From positions 56,124-120,123 of the IMG/VR virus record IMGVR_UViG_3300017766_002493: a stretch of DNA of 64,000 nucleotides. One strand, written 5' to 3'. The DNA is from a virus. The notes beneath the pieces were generated by a model, which was not told where the DNA came from, made no database searches, and worked only from the letters and a program-made list of their open reading frames with translations. The position numbers and the translations under genes are program-made. Below are positions 57,001 through 64,000 of this stretch, piece after piece; position 1 is the first letter of the stretch; every line of letters starts with the position of its first letter.

Positions 57001-60000
57001 TATAACTTGTCATATTCTCCATCTTTTGTTATAGTTCCTACCTTAGATCCTGATTGGAATAAAGCATAGTCTACACCTTCTTTTACCATTTTATTATGAA
57101 GATCTTCTAGAGAAGTACCCTTAATAACATTTGGTACCAATGGTAATAGCGAAAACTTATGGAAAGCATTAACAGGTAAACCCTCAGTATTAAGAGGACC
57201 CCAATATTGTAGCTTCTGCGGAGGAAATGTTTCAATAACATCTTTTTCTAATACAGGTTCTTTCTTGATAATTTTTTGGTAAAGATTCTCTTGACTCTTA
57301 CTCCATTGTCCTTCTAGGTTAAGAAGTATTCTATAAGAATCTAATGTAATCCAACCTTGTGCATCACCCTCATTCATCTTATAGTAAGCATGCAACTTAC
57401 CATTCTTATAAAGCTTATCATAAGTTCCTACCTCGTTAGTCTTCTCATCATAACCTAGTATTTGTTTTCTAGCTTCTAAGTCAGATATTTTATTTCTATC
57501 TTTTAAATCTTCAATTAAAGCTTTAGCATAAATTTCAATATACTTAGATGGTATTTCATTGTCTTTAACAACAGCAGTATTCATTGTTCCATTGAATGGA
57601 CCATATTTATCTTCAATACCTTCTTCAGATAAGTATCCTCTTTTTAGAACAGTGTTTACATAATCTAAAGCAGCTTTATCTGTTCTGTATATAGTCCCTG
57701 TAGAAGAAACACCAGCATTACGCTTGTGGAATTCTTCTTTGGCCATATTGTATAAAGCAGTATCACCATAGATTAAATTGATAGATTCCATATTGTGAAT
57801 CCAAGTATTTACAACATAAGTCCTAACCAGGGCTTTTTTTGCAGCATTACCTTTTGGATCTACATTAAGCTGATTTTCTTGTATCTTCTTTTGTAGATTA
57901 TCAAACACATTATCTGATATAATATTACCTCTCTTGTTTTTAGAACCTATCTTAATAAGATCTTTTATAATTCTATCAGTTTCCTTATCAAAATATTGTT
58001 TAAGATTTAATCTCAATTCTTTTTCTAATTGAGGATTAGATTTTAAATAGGTTAACAAATCTCCTTTTACTTCTTTGATTAACTTAATCTTCATCTCTGG
58101 AGTAAGCATATCTCTAAAGGTTACAAAAGCTTGACCTCTTTTAAAGTAATTAAAATCTATATTTTGTACTGGACTAGGTAATCCTTTTTTCTTAGCATCA
58201 TCTATTTGTTCTTGCTTAGATCTAAAATCTTGTATACGACTAAGTTCTGCAGCTAACGATGGTAGAACAGAGTTTTGAAAAGCAATAAGATCACCTCTGC
58301 TAAACTCGCCTTCACTCTTTAAAAAATCAATAGTAGATACATAAGTATTTTTTTCTTCAACATATGGTTTCTTTATACTAGATAAGAATACAGCATAAGA
58401 TGTTCCTTTATCAGCATGACGCATTAATTCTGATGCACCATTCAATAACACCATGTGCATATCCATAATCATCTTAGTAGTAGTATCAGCTGATGCTGAT
58501 GCTATACCTTTGTCTTCATCAAAAACACCATCTTTATTAAATGCTACACCACTTAAATTTTTAAGATATAATTCTACTAATCCTGATTTAGTACTCTTAT
58601 CAGGAAACTTAGCACCATCTCCTCCTTTCATGTAGTCATCCATATCAAATATAGATTTTAACCACCAGGAAGCTTTAGCATTAAAGTTTCTATTGATATC
58701 TAAGTGTTTCATCCAAGGAGCAGAGATTAATTCTCTATATGATCTAGCATCATTAATAGCATTGACCATTATACTTAATGAGCTATTAAGAGAATGTTCA
58801 AATTGAGTATTACCCTCAGCATTAGTTCTTTGGAAATTACCCCACTTCTCAGAATACTTAGCCTGTAAATCCGCAATGGTATTTAAGTTTTTACTTTCAC
58901 CACTTAAGAGTTCTACATTTTTATCTATTTCTTTACCCTTATAAGTAATCTTTTGCACTTTAATATTTCCATCATCATCTAGATCAAAATGTTTTTTTGC
59001 AAAGAAACTAGGCTTAGTAACTTTTCTTCTGTAATTTTTATTAGTATTTAGTATTTCAATAGCTTTGAATATAGCATTTACCGGCTTTTTAATATTGTTT
59101 AATGCAGAGCGCATCTCCTCATTATCATCAAGCTGAATACCAATAGCATTCAAAAACTCTATTTCTCTTCCCTGTAATTTATCTTTAAACTCTTTAATAA
59201 CAGCGGCCAAGTCAAGGTAATTAATTCCAAATCCATCTTTCTTAATAAACTTTGTAGGAGTAGATAAGGTTTGGAAATTAGAATCCCACATTGATTTGAT
59301 AGCATTAATATCACCCGTTGCAGGAACAGCTTTAATAGTATAACCATAATTTTCAAATGATAAAGATTTACCATTTAAATCTTTTGTTGTAAGCTCAATT
59401 GTTGTTTGTAATAATGGAACATTTGTTTTATTAAAGGTTTGATAAAAGTTTGTCCAAATATTAAACTCATCAACACCTTTTGTAGACAATGGTCCAATCT
59501 TATTTAACAATTGTGTTATTGGTAGTTCAGGTCTTTTTTCTTTAAGCTTTACTAATTTACTCTGCATGCTCTCAGCACTCATAGTATTTTGTAAAGTCTT
59601 AACTAATATGTTCCAGGTAACATCAAAATCTTGTAGCTCAGGTACACCAATGATTTTCTTTTTACCATCTTTATCTATAACCTCTGTTTCAGTTCCCTCA
59701 ACATAAGTATATTTACCTGTTATATCTTTCTTATGTAAACCATGTAGAATGAATAAGATCTCTTCTGAAGCCAATTCTTTCATACTAGCCTCATTACCAA
59801 GTCTATCAAATCCTTCTCTACCTTTTAAGAACAAATCTTCTTCTTTAACAGCGTCTTCAGCAAAGAAAGCTTCTTTGTATTCTTTAGCAATTATCTTAGA
59901 TTTCATCTGATGATAAGCTATTAAACCTTTAGGCTCTTCATTCTTAGCTGGTCTATTATTCATAAGGTTCTCTGTGTCACCAAAGTTTTTAATAGTCCAA

Positions 60001-63000
60001 TCAAAGAAATTAATCTGATTCTCTAATCTTTGTTTATTAATGTTTTCAGCTGCAGCTTCTTCCTCCGACATGCTAGATATTTTCTCATTTAGATTATTAA
60101 GATCACTTTGTAATCCATTTCTAACAGCAACAATATCTAACAACACTTGCTGGTATCCAGCTTTTAAACCATCTTTATTTTGTAATAAGGTCTTAGTCCA
60201 CTTGTAAGAGTCGAATCCTCTGTTTCTTTTTATTTCGCTAAAGTCATCAATAAACTTTGACAATAAAGAATCTACCATATCAACAGCTCTTTTTGAATCT
60301 TCAAAGCTTAAGTTAGATATAGGCTCATTCTCATCTAAAGCGGATACACCTTTATCTAGCACACTAAAACTTGCAGGAGCATTCTTCATTGAGAAATTAT
60401 ACTCATTCAAGTTACCTAGTCTTAATTTATCGTAGATATCATGTATACTCTGAATAGCATTATTCTCAGCATCAATAGTGCTTAGAGATTTATCACCAAA
60501 TAAAGCATTTAAGAAGTCTAATATTTTTCTGAATATAGATTTCTTAACTGGCGCATCAGTAATAGCTTTTTTACCATTAGATAACATATACTCCCTGAAA
60601 TCTTCAGCTAAGTATTCTTCTAATTGTTTTTCATTAGCATCAGCAAACAATACTGTTTTACCTTTGAAATCTGTAAAGCTTCCTGGTAGAGAACCAGCTT
60701 CTGCATATAACTTAGTTCTTTGTTCCTCAGTTAAAAAGGTTTGAGTAAAGTAATGGAAAGCTTCATGGTAAAGATCAGAGTAGTCAGCTCCTTTGTACAA
60801 GTTAATGCTATGTAAGGTCATATTAGCAATTGATTTAGGATTGCTACTATTAACCATATCAAATAAAACATTTAACTTGATACCTGTTTTACTTAGAGGA
60901 CTATTGTTCCACCAATCTAAAGCTTCTTTTAATTTTTCCTCTACAACTTTGCGGTTCATATTCTTCTGATCCATCAACTTGTTAAAGTCTGGATTATCAA
61001 GAATACTATCGATACCTTTTAAATTGTTTTGGTCAGCTACACTCTTTGATGTTTGCTCTGGTTCTTTAATAACGGGTTTCTTTTCTACTGCAGGTTTTTT
61101 AAATACTTTATCTAAATCCTCTGGCAAATAATCAAATACATAGTATGCATTAAAGCTATCTATTCTCTTATTAGAATTAAGAGGGTGATGGATAAAAGAA
61201 TTTTGTTTTACAAAATCTACATAAGACTTTTCTTTTTCTACAAATTGTAATACACCATCTTTTGTTTCAACATCTACATCAAAGAATTGATTTGAATCAA
61301 GAGCCTTGGCATTGATATTTACAATAGGATAAGATACCCTCCAATATTTTTTTGTTTCTGTATTATAGAAAAGTGAGAATGGTTTAAACTTAGAAGATGT
61401 TTCAGGATCAAAAGGATCTGTTCCTTGTATAGCTTTACTCTTTTGTTCTAAGTTTAAATTTGCAGGATCAAGTTCTATTTGCGGAGCAAGTGTGCTAAAA
61501 TATTCATTTAATATTCTTCTTGCTTCTTCTTGATTTTTATTATCTTGTTCAACTGCTGCTGGTAAATAATCTGTAGTCTTCTCTATCCATGAATCACTTT
61601 CTTTATCAAACTCTAAAGTAGGAAGAGATTTATAAATAGTATTTCCACGAAGCTTTACTTTATAAGATCCATCTTTAGCATCATCAAAAAACTGAATACC
61701 AGTGCCTTGTAGATTAACATAGTTTTTTAAGTATCTTAATCTATCAGCATTACTAATATTTTTACTAATCCCAAAGCTTGTAAAGATTGGTAATCTATCT
61801 AATAAGATGCTAACAATTTTATCTTGTAATCCTTCAATAGAAGGTATGGTTGGTTTGATTATTTCTACCTTTGATGGTGAAGATTCTTTAGTTTCAAAAT
61901 ATGTATAACCTTTTTTCTCTTTAGTAATAGAGTTATCCATAGTAGCAACTCTAGGAGCAAACTCTCCATAATCAAAATTCATTTCTGATATTGGAGTATA
62001 GATATTACTATTGGTTTCAATAAACCCAAAGCTTCCACCAGTTATCTTAGATCTTAATCTAAGATCAGGATTTTTCTTATAAGCTTTGTTAATATCATAA
62101 ATCATTTGCAACTCTTGGCGAATTGCTTCCTGTGCTTCTTCTAGTGTAAGTTTGCTTCTTCTTTTTAATGCATCAGCTCTATCATAATCATCTATAACAT
62201 TAGATGATTTAGCTTTATACAAGCTTACTCTACCTTCGGCGTCTACTTGTTGTGGATAAATCTTTCTGTAATAATGATAAGATATATTACCATCTTTTGA
62301 GAACTCTCCTTTGTCATCAAAAGATAAAGGATTGCCATCCACATCTGTTACTACTAATACTAAATCATCATTATTATAAGTATCTGTACCAGCATCTTTT
62401 GACACTTGATCTCTTGGCAAACTCTTAATAGGCATAAGAGTAAGATATACACCTTTCTTATTTAGATATGGAATATTAACATTGCTGCTATCATTATCCA
62501 TAGCCGGTGATAATATCTTACTTAGTAAAAATCTTTTTACTTTAAAGTAGAACTCTTTTAAAGGATCTTTAACATTGTAATTTACATTATTAGGATCTGT
62601 CCAATTAATTACTTCTTGGTCTTGATCTGAGTTAACTGTAGGTTTAGCTGCTAAGAATCGATTAAAAGTCTTTTGAACTTGTTGTGATAAATCTGCTGGA
62701 GGCAATTCTTCTTGATCTATTTCTACAGGACCCAAAGTAGAAGTAGATTCTGTATTTGTAGTTGAATTAAGAGATGATTGATTATCTTCACTTAAATCAT
62801 CTGCTTCATTTTCTTTTACACCTATTTTATCTGAAAAAGATTTTAACTCGGCGTCTCCTCCTTTCTTGTAGAGATATGAGAATTCTCTAAGTTTATCTAA
62901 GCTTAGATTTTGTTCAAATAAATAATCAGCTATAGTTTCATCTGCACCTTGTATTTTATTAATAGCATCTGCTGCTAAACCAGCATAGCTCAAAGCCATA

Positions 63001-63203
63001 CCGTGTTTACCATCAACATCAGCCATAGTATTTTCATGTACAAAATCGTATATTGATTTTAAATAATCTTCTAAAACAAACTTAGGTTTATCTTTAGCAG
63101 TGGCCATATCATTCAAATCACCAGCCACCATCATTCTTATATCTTTTAAAGCTTTTTTACCTTCTTCAGTAGATGTATCTATTCTACAAATCATGATCCG
63201 CAA
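51093..63203 (-). CDS. Virion-encapsidated RNA polymerase polyprotein (crAss-like, phi14:2 gp66-like), 4036 aa
   Basis: RIPVQG...SGSDFDIDKL catalytic motif (about 55989-56003), DAQGWI, VDVAKD; HEAFH zincin motif. Confidence 0.88.
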   Translation of the reverse strand: MRIMICRIDTSTEEGKKALKDIRMMVAGDLNDMATAKDKPKFVLEDYLKSIYDFVHENTMADVDGKHGMALSYAGLAADAINKIQGADETIADYLFEQNLSLDKLREFSYLYKKGGDAELKSFSDKIGVKENEADDLSEDNQSSLNSTTNTESTSTLGPVEIDQEELPPADLSQQVQKTFNRFLAAKPTVNSDQDQEVINWTDPNNVNYNVKDPLKEFYFKVKRFLLSKILSPAMDNDSSNVNIPYLNKKGVYLTLMPIKSLPRDQVSKDAGTDTYNNDDLVLVVTDVDGNPLSFDDKGEFSKDGNISYHYYRKIYPQQVDAEGRVSLYKAKSSNVIDDYDRADALKRRSKLTLEEAQEAIRQELQMIYDINKAYKKNPDLRLRSKITGGSFGFIETNSNIYTPISEMNFDYGEFAPRVATMDNSITKEKKGYTYFETKESSPSKVEIIKPTIPSIEGLQDKIVSILLDRLPIFTSFGISKNISNADRLRYLKNYVNLQGTGIQFFDDAKDGSYKVKLRGNTIYKSLPTLEFDKESDSWIEKTTDYLPAAVEQDNKNQEEARRILNEYFSTLAPQIELDPANLNLEQKSKAIQGTDPFDPETSSKFKPFSLFYNTETKKYWRVSYPIVNINAKALDSNQFFDVDVETKDGVLQFVEKEKSYVDFVKQNSFIHHPLNSNKRIDSFNAYYVFDYLPEDLDKVFKKPAVEKKPVIKEPEQTSKSVADQNNLKGIDSILDNPDFNKLMDQKNMNRKVVEEKLKEALDWWNNSPLSKTGIKLNVLFDMVNSSNPKSIANMTLHSINLYKGADYSDLYHEAFHYFTQTFLTEEQRTKLYAEAGSLPGSFTDFKGKTVLFADANEKQLEEYLAEDFREYMLSNGKKAITDAPVKKSIFRKILDFLNALFGDKSLSTIDAENNAIQSIHDIYDKLRLGNLNEYNFSMKNAPASFSVLDKGVSALDENEPISNLSFEDSKRAVDMVDSLLSKFIDDFSEIKRNRGFDSYKWTKTLLQNKDGLKAGYQQVLLDIVAVRNGLQSDLNNLNEKISSMSEEEAAAENINKQRLENQINFFDWTIKNFGDTENLMNNRPAKNEEPKGLIAYHQMKSKIIAKEYKEAFFAEDAVKEEDLFLKGREGFDRLGNEASMKELASEEILFILHGLHKKDITGKYTYVEGTETEVIDKDGKKKIIGVPELQDFDVTWNILVKTLQNTMSAESMQSKLVKLKEKRPELPITQLLNKIGPLSTKGVDEFNIWTNFYQTFNKTNVPLLQTTIELTTKDLNGKSLSFENYGYTIKAVPATGDINAIKSMWDSNFQTLSTPTKFIKKDGFGINYLDLAAVIKEFKDKLQGREIEFLNAIGIQLDDNEEMRSALNNIKKPVNAIFKAIEILNTNKNYRRKVTKPSFFAKKHFDLDDDGNIKVQKITYKGKEIDKNVELLSGESKNLNTIADLQAKYSEKWGNFQRTNAEGNTQFEHSLNSSLSIMVNAINDARSYRELISAPWMKHLDINRNFNAKASWWLKSIFDMDDYMKGGDGAKFPDKSTKSGLVELYLKNLSGVAFNKDGVFDEDKGIASASADTTTKMIMDMHMVLLNGASELMRHADKGTSYAVFLSSIKKPYVEEKNTYVSTIDFLKSEGEFSRGDLIAFQNSVLPSLAAELSRIQDFRSKQEQIDDAKKKGLPSPVQNIDFNYFKRGQAFVTFRDMLTPEMKIKLIKEVKGDLLTYLKSNPQLEKELRLNLKQYFDKETDRIIKDLIKIGSKNKRGNIISDNVFDNLQKKIQENQLNVDPKGNAAKKALVRTYVVNTWIHNMESINLIYGDTALYNMAKEEFHKRNAGVSSTGTIYRTDKAALDYVNTVLKRGYLSEEGIEDKYGPFNGTMNTAVVKDNEIPSKYIEIYAKALIEDLKDRNKISDLEARKQILGYDEKTNEVGTYDKLYKNGKLHAYYKMNEGDAQGWITLDSYRILLNLEGQWSKSQENLYQKIIKKEPVLEKDVIETFPPQKLQYWGPLNTEGLPVNAFHKFSLLPLVPNVIKGTSLEDLHNKMVKEGVDYALFQSGSKVGTITKDGEYDKLYSDDNRTISSEPFTKNSIFLNYLKNQLNIAPKYKNKVTFSTQLRKLIENGLIENGVPTDFKGTREQWDDIKSEAERKRKSKNYTIYKKYEDNLKLLTKQKKEELLEEMDWKMVSGVPKGSIEDLVKFVRKELTREDLAQHEIDFVDLASGGKKLKHDLSMSSSANKIEKLLNSIVTNRLIKQKINGEGLIQISGAGFETKNAWLGARAATEEELKKWGTNDLPTYYKKADGTTAAMKVKVALQGNFKKLLNLKDVNDLAKERQIPKIDALNILIKDEKWLDKEDNRKLLTMVGVRIPVQGINSAEFMEVYEFLPENAGNIIVPPAEIVAKSGSDFDIDKLTVMMPNIGVYNNEVKLIKFDPKNKRTKKDIQESLNKAYENKLNIKIMYEEWFKEDKESKAFKVLTEEEKALIEKLKQEYGSRLKEINDQLNPLKDSWEKLRREQGAKYYTSSEFLEIEEQIINLTAKKESLFKDFSDNKEFYKSTFYSDKVRQLREKEEQDIQKANEEIAKLKEELDATSTKGIENDLLFNIKEMLELPSNFVALITPNSTDIAQPIADDLSYFVNQYNQKDNLMGTASKDQLDFLKEDPSVMSGTRVLEVGYNLFKHANNNIGKAVLGIGAVDNTMNAIFNRVGAYMNPTAIVRYSNNKKTTKVRQTILADHNKMMVDGKECISLSDLYDYNKENSISDVISQLINGWVDVAKDAWIFNLQGNREITPTLLFMVQAGVPLRTAVYMVSQPIIREYVEEQRLRQSTFSPIMGNESKSRGFIQFDAKKKMLEKYFPEKFILSDEAKEEAYVKNGSEGIEIATNALFSKPRIQEFTVDETDRAFRDNNNKMNPSTLYKNIVDYKEDPNKEISDYEKAVLLHYFELEDMAKAVKDVKKAMNFDTSKDSNIFEAQNRTAIIAKLKENDRIPTDIVDKILENSPISSFYISEFQTQIWEPLFKLRNHEVFNQFIIDKMGNQQFYDDVQSTFGDSESFVNSFRNDLISMIYQNALKDFDIRNIKSYKGQLIIDTNVKEAATTVEQLSYLGIGVFVKDGTIYLDKKTLANQFDKSLYATEAYENLGLAKVSLDTFDSANEYFHFVFEREYLRNMYKNVSSLENNPEFQALYQNLLSDLQKNDLKKRELVKVSRPIKKVAKANPLTEAGVKPTDMYGNAAKDIQMAQEAIDSADGQFIGYGTVSRQGTPSSTNKYAAGWGFKANTGKYSSNSVIMVSSSGTFGRGGVSLDEEAPAIKTTFLTKYKPLLDEAVKAGASFRIGNNYEKGVDKDTSLEKIKKGEYFKGNYGDALVAEYLKAKGYTEEKLDGYSRWTSPTVEPLVEPTEDSYEVTEEAQKIYSALGNKTIAGKVVLKPLSELSNKGGILPDGNINALRNSKSNEHFGNPYDSKDTSGTIRTASTKESVERFINWVLNGDFVKQSRKVNDQDIAMFNSYVAKSKKLPTEFFTTNSTFKEFYNNETGRREKAPQTSLWMINDNNRYDLIDQVTGEVYISDVDLRNGYQYEEVQPARRQWIRNQLKSGELKNKDILYYTELNEPSHATALDYLINKYDWDIADPINKVKKEAFETFLRDKALTNIYNNAALFKGDNTFADKLNIIKTKFAEDDLLEKYPVLKVLGTNTTIVNKKDRYSNIQLIGNLNDTEELNSFYEQMLDLQNPTVKKVEDPEANKFISEFFTKLTHVAFLQSGLNTNTKFSFTRLMPQDGYIRLMEKPVKDATQKLSYNFLESYYKMFVSQNSITRKALKDRFKDYVMKPTFTTTISKEEAESMITTQSSGGMVYKASKIMNAQYAQELLSENSDLIFVYPDAFLDKSTAIGGKNDQAFKNLPQSNKIGSPDARYSINNTTVSSLIKDENGGPNKEIVDKIDEMVKAIVDSGKIPIFSSNGYGQAWISNVPEDAKSQPVIDAIRTKYTAPQTFLYLSKVLYEKFGYVNKNYDRTTAGKKVIQSKQPISDEQVLEFMRKCYLS

Positions 63204-64000
63204 GATTTAATGTTATTTAAAATATTGTTTCTTCTCTCGTCTTTTGTAAGCTTTTTGCCATTAGCAATATCTGCTTTTAATTCTTCTTCATCTGTAAATG
63301 ATGAAGCATCTTTAAAGTTATCTACAATTGTTTTCTTATCTTCTTTAGATAAAACTGGAGATTCGGAAATCCCCTCTACACCTGGTTGTATTCTCATTGT
63401 AACATATTGTTTTTTTGGATCCCTAGTTGTTTCATCAAATTGTTTTATATTTATTGAGAAAACTTTTGCAGTTATATCATTAGCTTTTCTAACCTGAATA
63501 TTCTTTGGAGTAACCTTTACCACTATATATTTTGCTTTGTTATTAAGCTGAATGATTTCATTAACTTTGATATCTTCAAATATAGGTGTTTTTGCTAATT
63601 GTTGTTTCTTTTTTTGTATCAAATATTCAAGTTCTGCCGGATTAAAAAATACATCCGCAGCAATGATAGATGAGATTTCAGAATCAATATCTTTGAAGTC
63701 TTCTAAGAATTCTGCATCATCAATCATCTTTTTAACAAGCTCTATTTTTTCTTGTACAGTTTCTTCTTTTTCTCTTCTTTTTCTTTCTTCTTCTTCTAGT
63801 AAAAGTTCCTTATCTCTTTCTTCTATTTCTTGTTTTGTAAGACCTTGATTTATAAGATCTTCTGCTTCTTGAGAAGTCATAGTAGCATAATCTCTAGGAG
63901 TAAATCCTAAAGCTTTTAAATCTTTTTTCTGCTCTGTAGTTGGCTTATTCTTTTTACTAGGTTTAGGTTTTTCCTCTTGTTCTTCTACTTCTCCTAAATC
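63191..64000 (-). CDS. C-terminal part of another large virion protein (starts beyond the window)
   Basis: Frame stays open from 63880 up to 64000. Confidence 0.7.
   Translation of the reverse strand, partial: DLGEVEEQEEKPKPSKKNKPTTEQKKDLKALGFTPRDYATMTSQEAEDLINQGLTKQEIEERDKELLLEEEERKRREKEETVQEKIELVKKMIDDAEFLEDFKDIDSEISSIIAADVFFNPAELEYLIQKKKQQLAKTPIFEDIKVNEIIQLNNKAKYIVVKVTPKNIQVRKANDITAKVFSINIKQFDETTRDPKKQYVTMRIQPGVEGISESPVLSKEDKKTIVDNFKDASSFTDEEELKADIANGKKLTKDERRNNILNNIKSCGS

Noticed and set aside
46226-63848. Plus-strand ORFs in the ORF track overlapping the giant minus-strand genes
   Set aside because: Antisense shadows of long genes with no recognisable motifs
1-64000. Stop-codon reassignment (TAG or TGA), known in some crAss-like phages
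   Set aside because: Long genes (PolB, vRNAP, helicases) are intact under the standard code, and TAG/TGA act as normal stops between tightly packed genes
1-64000. tRNA genes or CRISPR arrays
   Set aside because: No cloverleaf with a T-loop GTTCRA and no regularly spaced repeat-spacer array seen by eye; tRNAscan-SE would be needed for certainty

Overview
AT-rich (roughly 30% GC) fragment of a Bacteroidota-infecting, crAss-like/phi14:2-like podovirus genome; the standard genetic code fits throughout. Layout: (1) 1-4849, minus strand, late genes: PAS-domain ORF, putative endolysin, tail/fibre proteins and a DUF1566/CLec protein whose C-terminus looks like a DGR variable region. (2) About 5000-5350, a GC-rich non-coding strand switch, possibly the genome end. 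(3) About 5350-13400, plus strand, early region built from terminator/AACCCCT(n)-motif gene cassettes and several structured non-coding segments. These include a convincing twister ribozyme with a large P5 insertion and two CAGCA-bulged stem elements directly upstream of a DUF2828-like (TROVE/vWA-like) gene. (4) About 13400-45242, plus strand, middle and replication genes: SF2 helicase, ClpS, HDAC-like, UDG, DnaB, AAA_24, SSB, primase, MoxR/vWA, PD-(D/E)XK, PolB, NTP-PPase. (5) 45295-64000, minus strand, giant virion proteins including a 4036-aa virion RNA polymerase with a DFDID motif. All calls come from reading motifs by eye; no database searches or folding programs were run.
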